NCBI GenBank assembly: GCA_027491415.1
Contig: JAOZFH010000050.1
Span: 1-64,000, forward strand
DNA length: 64,000 nt
Direction of reading: 5' to 3'
Origin: Thermoproteota archaeon
Lineage (GTDB): Archaea > Korarchaeota > Korarchaeia > Korarchaeales > Korarchaeaceae
The notes under the pieces were generated by a model. That model was not told where the DNA came from, did no database searches, and was given only the letters and a program-made list of their open reading frames with translations. Positions 55,127 through 64,000 of this stretch are shown here, piece after piece; position 1 is the first letter of the stretch; every line of letters starts with the position of its first letter. The position numbers and the translations under genes are program-made.

Positions 55127-55719
55127 AGGCGGAAATCCTTAGGCTGGGGCTGCTGAGGTTCGGGAGGTTCAGGCTCTCCTCCGGCGAACTGAGCCCTGTC
55201 TACGTGGACCTCAGGCCAGCGGCCTCGCATCCCGACTTCTTCGACTCACTCGTGGAGCGGCTCTCCGCCCTGGTGTTCCTCGGTGGGCACGACGCCGTGT
55301 GCGGCGTGGCCGTCTCTGGCCTGCCGTTGGCCACAGGCGTGGCTCTGAGACTTCGAATACCCCTGCTCTACATCAGAGGACGGCGAAAAGATCACGGGAC
55401 CATGTCAACGCTCGAGGGCGGACTTCAGAAGGGGTGGGACGTGGCTGTCATCGACGACGTGTCCACCACGGGATCCTCGATACTCCGAGCCGTCAGGGCG
55501 CTAAGGTCATCCGGCGCCGATGTCAGAGCCGCCTACGTGGTCGTCGACAGGGAGCAGGGCGCTCGGGAGAGGCTGACAGAGTTCGGGGTGGATCTCAGGC
55601 CGCTGACCACCCTCCTGGGGGTGGTAGAGAGGGGAGTCGAGCTAGGGTTGGTCGATGGGGCGACGGCCGAGGAGGTGCGCAGACACCTGACTGCGACAAG
55701 AGTCGGTGGAAGGGGGTGA
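55117..55719 (+). CDS. pyrE: Orotate phosphoribosyltransferase
   Basis: 'FGRFRLSSG..SPVYVDLR', 'KDHG', VIDDVSTTG, 'VDREQG'. Confidence 0.95.
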   Translation: MDLKAEILRLGLLRFGRFRLSSGELSPVYVDLRPAASHPDFFDSLVERLSALVFLGGHDAVCGVAVSGLPLATGVALRLRIPLLYIRGRRKDHGTMSTLEGGLQKGWDVAVIDDVSTTGSSILRAVRALRSSGADVRAAYVVVDREQGARERLTEFGVDLRPLTTLLGVVERGVELGLVDGATAEEVRRHLTATRVGGRG

Positions 55720-55725
55720 CCAAGG

Positions 55726-56493
55726 GTGCACCTGACGGCGGAGGTAAGAGAGGTCGAGAAACTCACGGCGCGAGTGAAGCTCTACGTCCTGGAGTTGAAG
55801 GAGCGCCTCGGGTCCTGGCCTGGCCAGTTCGTAATGGTCTGGCTTCCGGGATCCGGGGAGATACCGATCAGCGTCGCCAGGGAGAGGGGGCGCGAGATCT
55901 GGCTGGTGATCGCAAGGGTTGGCAGGGTCACCGGGGCCATCCACGAGGAGGTGGGCGAGGGGGCAAGGCTCTGGATCAGGGGGCCCTACGGGCGCGGGTT
56001 CTCCACAAGCCCTGGGAGACACCTGCTCGTGGGCGGGGGCTTTGGCGTGGCCCCGCTGCTCAGGCTAGCAGATGAGCTTCGAGCTCTCGACGGGCCGGTG
56101 GAGGTCTGGGCGGCGCTCGGATTCAAGTCCGCCGACGACGCGCTGCTGCTCGAGGAATTCAAAGAGGTCGTAGACAGGGTGACCGTGTCCACGGACGACG
56201 GCACCCTGGGGGAGAAGGGTCTCGTTACCGACGTGGTGGAGCTGGATTGGCCGAATGTGGTCCACGCCTCTGGACCCGAGCCCATGCTCAGGGCGCTGGC
56301 CTTTTCCTGTCTCCAGAGGGGCGTGAGGCTGGAGATCAGCCTTGAGAGGCGGATGAGGTGTGGCCTGGGGCTGTGCGGATCCTGTGAGGTCGAGTCGACC
56401 GGGATGAGGGTTTGCAGAGACGGGCCCGTCTTCGACGCCAGGCTCCTGGCCTCCGCGGAGTTCGCCAGGCGGTCGCTGGAGGTGTGGGCGTGA
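55726..56493 (+). CDS. pyrK: Dihydroorotate dehydrogenase electron-transfer subunit
   Basis: PGQFVMV, GPYG, GGGFGVAPL, TDDG, 'ERRMRCGLGLCGSC...VCRDGPVF'. Confidence 0.93.
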   Translation: MHLTAEVREVEKLTARVKLYVLELKERLGSWPGQFVMVWLPGSGEIPISVARERGREIWLVIARVGRVTGAIHEEVGEGARLWIRGPYGRGFSTSPGRHLLVGGGFGVAPLLRLADELRALDGPVEVWAALGFKSADDALLLEEFKEVVDRVTVSTDDGTLGEKGLVTDVVELDWPNVVHASGPEPMLRALAFSCLQRGVRLEISLERRMRCGLGLCGSCEVESTGMRVCRDGPVFDARLLASAEFARRSLEVWA

Positions 56494-57470
56494 GGACTGA
56501 AGGGGGCGTGGGAGCCGAGACTCGGCCCTCAGAGAGATCTGCGGGTGGATGGGCGCTCGAGGTGGAGCTCGCGGGCCTCCGCCTCGCTAATCCGACGGTT
56601 CTGGCCTCCGGAGTGCTCGGGACGTCTGCGTCCCTTCTGGCCAGGGCAGCAAGCTCCGGAGCGGGCGCTGTGACCACGAAGACCCTCACGCTTCATCCCA
56701 GGCGGGGTAACCCCAATCCGGTTGTTGTAGAGTTGGACACGGGGCTCCTCAACTCCATGGGACTCCCAAACCCTGGACTGGAGCCTTTCCTACCCGAGAT
56801 CCGTGCGTACCGGTCCTCCGGCCTCAGGTCACCGCTGATAGGGAGCATCTGGGCGCTTAACTCAGAGGAAGCGTCCACCATGGCATCGATGATTCAAGAG
56901 GCGGGTGCCAACGCGGTGGAGTTGAACGTTTCATGCCCCAACGCTTCTAAGGACGAGCTGGACACTATTGGGAGTGAGCAACTCGTGAGAGAGTTGGTCG
57001 AGGCAGTCAGGCGCTCTGTTAGCGTGCCGGTATTCGTGAAGCTGCCTCCCCTGCACTGGGGGCTCACCAAGCTGGCGGGGGCAGCCGTTGATGCCGGCGC
57101 GGATGTCCTCGTGGCAACCAACGCGCTCAGAGGAATGGCGATTGACGTACGTGCCCGCCGCCCGATCCTCTCAGGGATCACTGGGGGTCTGTCCGGCAGG
57201 GCCCTGAAGCCGGTGGCCCTGAGAGCCGTCTACGAACTCTATGGGGAGTTCGGCGACGAGATCCAAGTAGTGGGGGTGGGAGGCGTACAAGACTGGCGAG
57301 ACGCCGTGGAGTACCTCCTTGCGGGCGCCTCTGCCGTCGAGATCGGGACGGCACTGATCTACCGGGGTCTCAGCGTGTTCAGGAGAGTGGCCTCAGGGAT
57401 CGAGGGGTATCTGCGAGAGGAGGGGTTTCACTCCGTGGAAGAAATCGTAGGGGCCGCTCGCCGCGGGTGA
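56490..57470 (+). CDS. pyrD: Dihydroorotate dehydrogenase (family 1B)
   Basis: NPTVLASG, TKT, NSMGLPNPG, ELNVSCPN, GGLSG, GVGGV. Start re-set to GTG 56490. Confidence 0.95.
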   Translation: MRTEGGVGAETRPSERSAGGWALEVELAGLRLANPTVLASGVLGTSASLLARAASSGAGAVTTKTLTLHPRRGNPNPVVVELDTGLLNSMGLPNPGLEPFLPEIRAYRSSGLRSPLIGSIWALNSEEASTMASMIQEAGANAVELNVSCPNASKDELDTIGSEQLVRELVEAVRRSVSVPVFVKLPPLHWGLTKLAGAAVDAGADVLVATNALRGMAIDVRARRPILSGITGGLSGRALKPVALRAVYELYGEFGDEIQVVGVGGVQDWRDAVEYLLAGASAVEIGTALIYRGLSVFRRVASGIEGYLREEGFHSVEEIVGAARRG

Positions 57471-57542
57471 TCGCCGGCCGCCATTCACCACTCGGCCCCC
57501 TCGGGTAAAATTCAGAAAAAAGTGTGGAGAGGTTCGGGCGGC

Positions 57543-58202
57543 TCACTCGACCTTCTTGTGACAGAACCACCAGTCGAAGCACTCGATCTCTCCAGCCTTG
57601 GCCTTCTCTAGCCTCTCCTTGGCGGTCTCCTCGTCAGAGGCGGGCGGGACTATGACGTGGTCGCCGACCAGCTCGTTCTCGGGCCAGTTGTGCGGAATGG
57701 CCACGCCGTGCTTGTCGGCCACCTGGAAGCCCTTGATCATCCTCAGTATCTCGTCGACGTTCCTCCCGAGCTCCTGCGGGTAGTAGAGGATGGCCCTGAT
57801 TATGCCATTCGGGTCGACTACGAAGACGGCCCTCACGGTGTTGGTGCCCTTGTTCGGGTGAATGAGGCCCAGCGCGCTGGCGACCTTGCCCAGGTCGTCG
57901 GCTATTATCGGGAACTTGATCTCCACGCCGAGCTTCTCCTTGATCCACTCGACCCACTTGATGTGGCTGAACACCTGGTCGATGCTCAGGCCGATGAGCT
58001 CGGTGTTGAGCTCCTTGAACTTCTCGTACCTCTTCTGGAAGGCGACGAACTCGGTGGTGCAGACGGGCGTGAAGTCGGCTGGGTGGCTGAACAGCACGAA
58101 CCACTTGCCGGCGAAGTGGTCGGGGAGCTTGATCTTGCCGTGGGTCGTCTGGACCTCGAGGGTTGGGAACTTCTCGCCCAGCAGCGGAATCCTTCCCTCC
58201 AT
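57543..58202 (-). CDS. Archaeal peroxiredoxin (Prx6 subfamily)
   Basis: [25 protein letters not shown]-terminal CFDWWFC. Confidence 0.96.
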   Translation of the reverse strand: MEGRIPLLGEKFPTLEVQTTHGKIKLPDHFAGKWFVLFSHPADFTPVCTTEFVAFQKRYEKFKELNTELIGLSIDQVFSHIKWVEWIKEKLGVEIKFPIIADDLGKVASALGLIHPNKGTNTVRAVFVVDPNGIIRAILYYPQELGRNVDEILRMIKGFQVADKHGVAIPHNWPENELVGDHVIVPPASDEETAKERLEKAKAGEIECFDWWFCHKKVE

Positions 58203-58215
58203 GATACCACCTACT

Positions 58216-58228
58216 AACCAACTTGGTT
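58216..58228 (-). promoter_or_regulatory. Palindrome between the TATA box and the start of peroxiredoxin
   Basis: AACCAA-C-TTGGTT; TTATAA at ~58235-58240. Confidence 0.45.
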
Positions 58229-58398
58229 GTGATATTATAAGTCTTACCTTCGCTATCCAAACTTCAATAACCTGACCTTTACCTAAACAAAGTGATTGAT
58301 CTCGGGTTGTTCAGAGTTCCCAAAGATACAAAGAGGTATCCAACCAGAGGCAATAAAAATGGAAAAATTAGGGGAGTCTAAAAGAGACCCTCGGGGTC

Positions 58399-59670
58399 TC
58401 AATCCGACCCTCCGTCGCCGCCTGTCCGGCCCACTTCAGGCTGCCCTTCTCCACCTTCCGCTGCCATTTCTTCCCGCTGCCGACTTACCCCTTCGAGATC
58501 CTCGGGCTCCCCCTTGGTCGCGACGTAGATCAGCGCGGCAACGGCCGCGAGGAGCGGGGTCAGCGCCGCGCCCGTGATGACGTAGACGCCAGGCAGGTTG
58601 GCCAGGGGGTTCACCGTGTCGACGGAGAGGGCGCTGACGACCCAGGACGGCAGCATGTTGAAGAGGTCGGGCCTGGCCACGAAGTACGGGAGCTGGCTGT
58701 ACATGTTGAGCAGCTCTCCCGTGATCACCGTGCCCAGGGCGGCCGGCCCCAGCGTCTTTATCCAGCTCATGGGTCGGTCGTCGAGCTCTAATCCCTTGAG
58801 GAGCCTGTCGAGGACGTAGAGGATGACTCCGAACTGAACGGCCACCAGCGCCATCTTCACAAGGAAGAGCCAGGAGAAGTCCTTGGTCGGGTCCGCGCCC
58901 AAGAACCCGCCGAAGATGTTCAAGAACTTGTACTGCGAGACGGAGAGGAGGCTTAGCGTGTACCAGAAGCCGAAGACCAGCATCAAGAACAGGGAGAGCG
59001 TGCCGTACGGCAGCAGAGCCTTCACCAGACCGGCGTACCTCTCCCTCAGCTCACCCTCCGTCCTGAGGTACCTCCAGGCGTATGCCGACGCGACGACGAA
59101 TAGTCCGGTGGACAGGGCGCCGAACACGCTCTTCAGGTAGAGCGGCATCAGGGTCGGGTTCGACAGCGCCTCGCCCAGTATCAGGTGGGGCTTTGGCTGG
59201 AGCCTGAGGCCGAACGGGGCGTTAAGGAACGCGAAGACAGCCCTGAAGCCGAGGGGGATCAGGATGCCGGTGGCGGCCATCGCGGCCCCGATGAGCAGGT
59301 GGATGCCGCTGGAGACGCGATCCCAGAGGTACCAGTAGCCGGCCACTGAGAGGAACCTGAGGGCTATGAGGAGGACGGCGAGGCCGAAGGGCACCCAGGT
59401 GAGGTGCCCGGCCAGCCCTATGAAGGCGGGGTAGAAGGCGAGCAGGGCGACGGTGAAGGCCGTGCCGAAGACTCCGGCGACGGCGTACGTCATTGCGTAG
59501 TATCTCATGAGGTTCTTGGCCCTCCTGACCAGGAACTCGTCCTCCCTGCGCTCCCCGACCCTCTTCATGATCGGGATGAGCGTCGCAAGCCCTATGTCCA
59601 GGTTTACGAGGGCGATGTGGAGGCCAAAGGCCAGGGAGAGGATGAAGACGATGGGAACGGGCTCGGGCAT
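58399..59670 (-). CDS. Cytochrome bd-type oxidase second subunit, CydA'-like
   Basis: CydA-paralogous pattern ('GLHIALVN', 'YAVAGVFGT', 'GELLN..SQLPY'), about 9 TMs, cotranscribed with cydA. Confidence 0.75.
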   Translation of the reverse strand: MPEPVPIVFILSLAFGLHIALVNLDIGLATLIPIMKRVGERREDEFLVRRAKNLMRYYAMTYAVAGVFGTAFTVALLAFYPAFIGLAGHLTWVPFGLAVLLIALRFLSVAGYWYLWDRVSSGIHLLIGAAMAATGILIPLGFRAVFAFLNAPFGLRLQPKPHLILGEALSNPTLMPLYLKSVFGALSTGLFVVASAYAWRYLRTEGELRERYAGLVKALLPYGTLSLFLMLVFGFWYTLSLLSVSQYKFLNIFGGFLGADPTKDFSWLFLVKMALVAVQFGVILYVLDRLLKGLELDDRPMSWIKTLGPAALGTVITGELLNMYSQLPYFVARPDLFNMLPSWVVSALSVDTVNPLANLPGVYVITGAALTPLLAAVAALIYVATKGEPEDLEGVSRQREEMAAEGGEGQPEVGRTGGDGGSD

Positions 59671-59678
59671 GCGTCAGC

Positions 59679-61292
59679 TCACCTCCCACTCTCCTCCCTC
59701 TTCCAGAGGTAGACGTAGACCACGGCGAACAGGAGCGCCAGCAGGGCGACTAGGTAGGCGGCGACTAGCATCAGCTGCCACGTCGGCGGCGGGTTCACGG
59801 TGAGCTCGGTCTGGACGTCCATGATCCCGTAGATGGCCCAGGGCTTCCTCCCCATCTCCCTGACCGCCCACCCGAGGAAGCTAACCACATGCGCCAGGAC
59901 CGGCGAGGCGGCGGAGAGGTTGAGGGCCCAGCCCGGCGGTTCGGCCGACCTCCTGAGGCATGCGACCGAGAGGAGGGCCACGAGTCCGAGGAGGACCCCC
60001 AGCCCGATCTTGGTGTAGTAGAGGTAGTGCACGACCAGGGGGGGCCTGAAGTCGGACTGGATGAGGTCGTAGGACGGGATGACCGCGCTCGTGCTCCCGT
60101 AGGCCAGGAGCGGCATGAGCTTCCCGTGGACCAGCCCTTCGGCGTGGATCAAGGCCGGCAGACTCGTTATCTGCTCGCTGGTCCCCTCCATCGCGGCGAA
60201 CTTCTCCGGGTTGAACTCGGCGACGGCGGCCCCCATCGCGTGGCCGGAGCCGGTCCCCTGGATGGCCACGGCCACCAGGGCCACCACGGCGGCGAACTTG
60301 AAGGCCCTCCTGAAGTACTCCCTGTCCGGATCGTCCCCGGGAGTTCTGAGGAGCCTCAGCGCGTAGGCGCCCATGACCGTGAAGGCCGAGACGGTCACCG
60401 CGGCTCCTATGGAGTGCACGAAGGTGGCCACGTAAGTCCCGGACTTGAAGGTGATCGTGTACACGCCGGCGTGCCTTACGGTGTTGGCCACTATCGAGTC
60501 GAGGACGCTCTTGAGCGGGACCGACGCGAGCGCCTGGGCCGCCTCGGGTCTCGCGACCGCCGCGAGCAGGCTCTCGCCGACGGTGTAGCCGGCGAAGGCC
60601 TGACCCATCAGCGCCCTGACCAGCCCGGCCGGCAGCGAGACCAGGACGTAGTCGGCCCCGCTCTCCAGGAGCTTCCCCCCGACCGACGCGAGCTTCTGGG
60701 CGTCGAGGGCCTGGGCCACCTGAGTGGGGACGAAGAGGAGCACCTCCGGCGGCGCCCAGGATCCCGTCGTCGGGTCGTAGTTCGCCAAGACGTTTGCCGG
60801 AGACTGCATGAAGGAGTTGACGCTCAGGATCATGGCCCCGGAGAACCAGGCGCCGGCCAGGGCGAGCACCCCGATGAGCAGGTGCGCCTTGCGGGAGACC
60901 CTGCCGTCGGCGTAGAAGTAGAGGTAGATGAAGACGACCTCCGTGATGAAGGCGAAGATCTCGAGGTAGAGCGGGAAGTAGATGTACCTGCCGGCCGCCT
61001 CCGTGAGGTTGGGCCAGAGCAGTATGAGCCCGAACTCCGACGCCGTGCCGGAGGCGGCGCCGACCGCGAAGACCACCGCGAAGCCCTTGGCCAGGTTCCT
61101 GGACAGCCTCTTCCAGTGCTCGTTCCCCGTCCGCAGCCAAATGGCCTCGGCCAAGACCGCCAGGAGCGGCAGGCCGAGGACGTACTGCAGTATGGCCCAG
61201 TGGACCTCTATGCCTATCATGGACAGGAGGCGCTCGTACCCGGCCGGGTATCCCCTGAGCCACTCCAGGATCAGATCGACGAGGCCCGGCAT
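59679..61292 (-). CDS. cydA: Cytochrome bd-type quinol oxidase subunit I
   Basis: Heme-ligand H ('EVHW'), FAVGAASG, 'EIFAF..E', 'NSFMQSP', 'FVHS', 'PEKFAAMEG', 'GWAVREMGRKPW'. Confidence 0.92.
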   Translation of the reverse strand: MPGLVDLILEWLRGYPAGYERLLSMIGIEVHWAILQYVLGLPLLAVLAEAIWLRTGNEHWKRLSRNLAKGFAVVFAVGAASGTASEFGLILLWPNLTEAAGRYIYFPLYLEIFAFITEVVFIYLYFYADGRVSRKAHLLIGVLALAGAWFSGAMILSVNSFMQSPANVLANYDPTTGSWAPPEVLLFVPTQVAQALDAQKLASVGGKLLESGADYVLVSLPAGLVRALMGQAFAGYTVGESLLAAVARPEAAQALASVPLKSVLDSIVANTVRHAGVYTITFKSGTYVATFVHSIGAAVTVSAFTVMGAYALRLLRTPGDDPDREYFRRAFKFAAVVALVAVAIQGTGSGHAMGAAVAEFNPEKFAAMEGTSEQITSLPALIHAEGLVHGKLMPLLAYGSTSAVIPSYDLIQSDFRPPLVVHYLYYTKIGLGVLLGLVALLSVACLRRSAEPPGWALNLSAASPVLAHVVSFLGWAVREMGRKPWAIYGIMDVQTELTVNPPPTWQLMLVAAYLVALLALLFAVVYVYLWKREESGR

Positions 61293-61374
61293 GGCAACCT
61301 CTGGTTCTCGTGCCTCGCTGGTTTCTAATTTAAATTAATCCGGTTAGAATTACAAACTAAGCCGTCCCCGGGCC

Positions 61375-61725
61375 CTACCGCCTCCGGGGCTGGTCCTCAA
61401 CCCTCCCCGATCCAAAGTAGGCCGTCGGCCCTTCAGCCTCCCTGAGGACCCTCGCCCTCTCCCCCACCCTGTAGAGGGCCAGGTACTCATCGTCCCCCAC
61501 CCTGTCAACGGCCTCAACGACGACCTCGTCGCCCAGCAGATCTCGGACCCTCCAGGCGAGGTCCTCGAAGTAGTCGTAGAGGCCGCAGGAGGCGCAGAAG
61601 GGGCCCCTCATCCTGACGACCGCGGCGTCTCCCTCAACGTGGATCAGCTCTGCCACGGCCTCCGGACTGCGGAACTCGTTGAACCCCCTCACGGCCTCCT
61701 CAAATGCCTCCTTCAAGTCACGCAT
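61375..61725 (-). CDS. Small CxxC protein with NifU-C-like signature
   Basis: 'FNEFRSPE..AEL', 'VRMRGPFCASCGLYDYFED'. Confidence 0.6.
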   Translation of the reverse strand: MRDLKEAFEEAVRGFNEFRSPEAVAELIHVEGDAAVVRMRGPFCASCGLYDYFEDLAWRVRDLLGDEVVVEAVDRVGDDEYLALYRVGERARVLREAEGPTAYFGSGRVEDQPRRR

Positions 61726-61769
61726 CCCGCGCGGCCCCCGTCTGGGGTTAATAAGGGCTCACCCATGGG

Positions 61770-62456
61770 CTACGCCACCACGGGTATACTGCCCGCCGGC
61801 TCGATGACCCTCCCCCTGAGCCTGAACTTGTGGGCGAGCAGCGCGACCCCCCTCCGGCGGGCCGCCCTGAGGGCCTCCGCGAACTTCGGGTCGGTCTCCC
61901 CGTTCGGCTCCAGCCTCTCGGCGTCGGGCCGCATCACCAGGAACAGCACCGCGGCCTTCATTCCTGAGCGGACGGCCCTGATGAGGTTTAGGACGTGCCT
62001 GGTGCCCCTCTCGGTGGGCGCGTCCGGGAACAGGGCCACCCCATCAACCACCAGCGTGCACCCCTTGACCTCCACAAGCGTGGGCGGAGAGGTGCCGAGC
62101 ATGAGGTCGACCCTGCTGTCGCCAAACCTGACCTCCCTCCTGATGGGGGCGTCAGCCGGGAGCTCCGGGACCACCCCCGAGAGTATCAGCTCCGTGGCCA
62201 GGTCCGTGTGAAGGCCCGAGTTCACGACAGTCCACCAGCCCCCCGACCACACGGCGAGCACCTCGCAGTCCGTCTTCCTCCCGGGGGCGCCCCTCTCCAA
62301 GAATATGGTCCTGGCCCCCGGAACCAAGATCTCGTTCAGCCTGCCGGGATCTCTCAAGTGGCACCTTCTCGTCCCGGCAGACGTGTCGAGCACAACCGTG
62401 AACCTGTTAGGCCTCGACCTGAACCGCCCGTACCCCAGCCGACCCTCTATCCTCAA
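61770..62456 (-). CDS. sfsA: DNA/RNA nuclease SfsA
   Basis: RPNRF, HLRDPGRL, SRVD, VEVKGCTL, FPDAPTERGTRH. Confidence 0.95.
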   Translation of the reverse strand: MRIEGRLGYGRFRSRPNRFTVVLDTSAGTRRCHLRDPGRLNEILVPGARTIFLERGAPGRKTDCEVLAVWSGGWWTVVNSGLHTDLATELILSGVVPELPADAPIRREVRFGDSRVDLMLGTSPPTLVEVKGCTLVVDGVALFPDAPTERGTRHVLNLIRAVRSGMKAAVLFLVMRPDAERLEPNGETDPKFAEALRAARRRGVALLAHKFRLRGRVIEPAGSIPVVA

Positions 62457-62518
62457 CGCCCCTCATAGTGGAGTGTAAATTTTTTCAGGTTTGTCGGCCT
62501 CCGACGCCCGGTGGAAGC

Positions 62519-63703
62519 TTGAGTTGGATCAGGGCAGAGGTCGCCCCGGGAGTCACCCTCGTCAGGGTTCTCAACACCACGTTCAAGAGGTTCGAGAACT
62601 TCTGGCCCATCCCAAAGGGAACGTCCTACAACTTCTACGTGGTCAAGGGGTCTGAGGGAGTTGCTCTCATAGACGGCGCCGATGAGCGGGTCTCGGACGC
62701 GTTCTGGGAGGCGCTCGAGACGGTTGTGGATCCCTCAGAGATCACCCTGGTCGTCTCTCAGCACACGGAGCCCGACCACTCGGGCACCCTCGCCGAGGTC
62801 TTGAGGAGGGCCCCTAAGGCGAGGCTGGTGGGCACGAGGCAGGCGATTCAGATAGGGACCTCCCTCTCCAGCTACCCGGCCGACAGGTCCAAGCCCGTGG
62901 CGGACGGGGAGACGATCAGCCTCGGGGACAGGACCCTAAGGTTCGTCTCGGCCCCCTTCGTGCACTGGCCAGACACCATGATGACGCTCCTCCAAGAGGA
63001 GGGGGTCCTCTTCACGTGCGACCTCTTCGGCTCGCACGGGGCCAGCACGGCCGTCTACCACGACGAGGACCCGGATGGCTTCGAGCTGCGGGACTACTAC
63101 TCCTCCATCCTGATGGTCTACTCGGCAATGGTGGCCAAGGCGGTGGCCAAGGTCAGGGAGATCTCTCCGAGGCTCATAGCGCCGGGACACGGGGCCCTCC
63201 ACAGGGACGTCGAGTCCGTCCTGAAGACCTACGAGAGGTGGACGTCCTGGACCCCCCTCAAGAGGGCCCTGATAGTGCTTGGCAGCCAGTACGAGCGCAC
63301 GCAGAGGCTCGCGGAGGCCGCGGCAGAGGGTCTGAGGGGGAGGGGGTTCGAGGTCGTGGTCATGGACACGGCGGAGGCCGACTACGACGACCTCCTCTCG
63401 GAGACGCTGGAGTCGGCCGCGCTGGTCATAGCGTCGAGCACGCACAACGCCAGGCCCTTCCTTGGGGTGACCTTCTACCTCGACCTGCTCGCGGAGTACA
63501 AGCCCAAGAACAAGGTTGTGGCGCTCCTGGGCTCCTACGGGTGGGGCGGCGGGGCGCTCAGGGTCGTCAGGGAGGTGGTAGAGGGGCTGAAGCTTCCGAT
63601 AGTCGGGGAGCTGGCCGTCAAGGGGACGCCGGGGGACGAGGACCTCAGGGCTGCGCGCGAGCTTGGCGAGAAGCTGGCGGAGGAGGCCCTCAAGCTCCTG
63701 TAA
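62519..63703 (+). CDS. fprA: Flavodiiron protein (type A flavoprotein)
   Basis: GTSYN, HTEPDHSG, HWPD, TCDLFG, PGHG; flavodoxin 'GSYGWGG'. Start probably TTG 62519. Confidence 0.92.
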   Translation: MSWIRAEVAPGVTLVRVLNTTFKRFENFWPIPKGTSYNFYVVKGSEGVALIDGADERVSDAFWEALETVVDPSEITLVVSQHTEPDHSGTLAEVLRRAPKARLVGTRQAIQIGTSLSSYPADRSKPVADGETISLGDRTLRFVSAPFVHWPDTMMTLLQEEGVLFTCDLFGSHGASTAVYHDEDPDGFELRDYYSSILMVYSAMVAKAVAKVREISPRLIAPGHGALHRDVESVLKTYERWTSWTPLKRALIVLGSQYERTQRLAEAAAEGLRGRGFEVVVMDTAEADYDDLLSETLESAALVIASSTHNARPFLGVTFYLDLLAEYKPKNKVVALLGSYGWGGGALRVVREVVEGLKLPIVGELAVKGTPGDEDLRAARELGEKLAEEALKLL

Positions 63704-63739
63704 CTTCGCCCGGCGGTCCCAGATCCGCGGAGGGCGGCG

Positions 63740-64000
63740 TCACCCGACCCCGCGCTCCCAGACCACCCTCCCCCTCACCCTCACCTGGACCACCCTGTGG
63801 AGGGGAATGACCGTCCCGTCCGGGAGCACCATCCTGTCCGACCTCACCTCCAAGAGGTCGCCGCCCCTGACCGAGTCCAGGCCAGTCTCCGTCCCCCTGG
63901 AGATGTACACTATCTCGTACTCCTCGGGCCTCTCACCCGGCTTCCACAGCATGGCGCTCAGTATCTCCCTGATCTCGGCCTTTCCCTTTCTGGCCCTGGC
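63740..64000 (-). CDS. DUF504/UPF0248 RNA-repair-associated small protein (5' end outside window)
   Basis: 'IREILSAMLW', 'YEIVYISRG', 'IPLHRV', 'VVWER'. Confidence 0.8.
   Translation of the reverse strand, partial: ARARKGKAEIREILSAMLWKPGERPEEYEIVYISRGTETGLDSVRGGDLLEVRSDRMVLPDGTVIPLHRVVQVRVRGRVVWERGVG

Noticed and set aside
58216-58228. SurR site at the peroxiredoxin promoter
   Set aside because: SurR binds GTT-N3-AAC; this palindrome does not contain that arrangement.
59881-61328. Long overlapping ORFs (479 aa on +, 460 aa on -) over cydA, and similar ones at 11096-12301, 17341-18636 and 25015-25950
   Set aside because: Antisense or alternative-frame shadows caused by high GC3; low-complexity Arg/Gly/Pro or His/Val translations with no motifs.
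1-64000. CRISPR array, rRNA, tRNA, IS transposase or integrase
   Set aside because: No regularly spaced repeats, rRNA signature or DDE/Tyr-recombinase ORF was seen by eye.

Overview
GC-rich (by eye mid-60s %) archaeal chromosome segment with archaeal TATA promoters, many leaderless starts and Arg/Glu-rich, thermophile-like proteins. A TACK/Thermoproteota origin, possibly Korarchaeia, is an inference only. Housekeeping and metabolic genes: proC, ferredoxin, class II HMG-CoA reductase, isopentenyl phosphate kinase, a MenA-like prenyltransferase, thiBPQ behind a complete TPP riboswitch, pyrF-pyrE-pyrK-pyrD, peroxiredoxin, CydA/CydA' cytochrome bd, a flavodiiron protein, SfsA and a MoxR/DUF58 operon. 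Accessory content: three vapBC pairs, a HEPN-MNT pair, an orphan N6/N4 DNA methyltransferase, a SatD/DUF3307-like pair, a Roadblock-V4R pair, several surface-anchored proteins and many pseudogenes (MTH1675-like, reductive dehalogenase-like, nucleotidyltransferase, PhoU, MFS, pcp). The main non-ORF signals are (i) a shared 16-bp palindrome TGCGAGGYTCYTCGCA at the same position upstream of two cell-envelope genes 15.7 kb apart, (ii) a 32/36-nt direct repeat bracketing a decayed PqqD/RRE + MFS island, (iii) several operator palindromes and (iv) an unlisted 36-aa membrane peptide. No tRNA, rRNA, CRISPR array or transposase was seen. All family assignments are from motif recognition without database searches.
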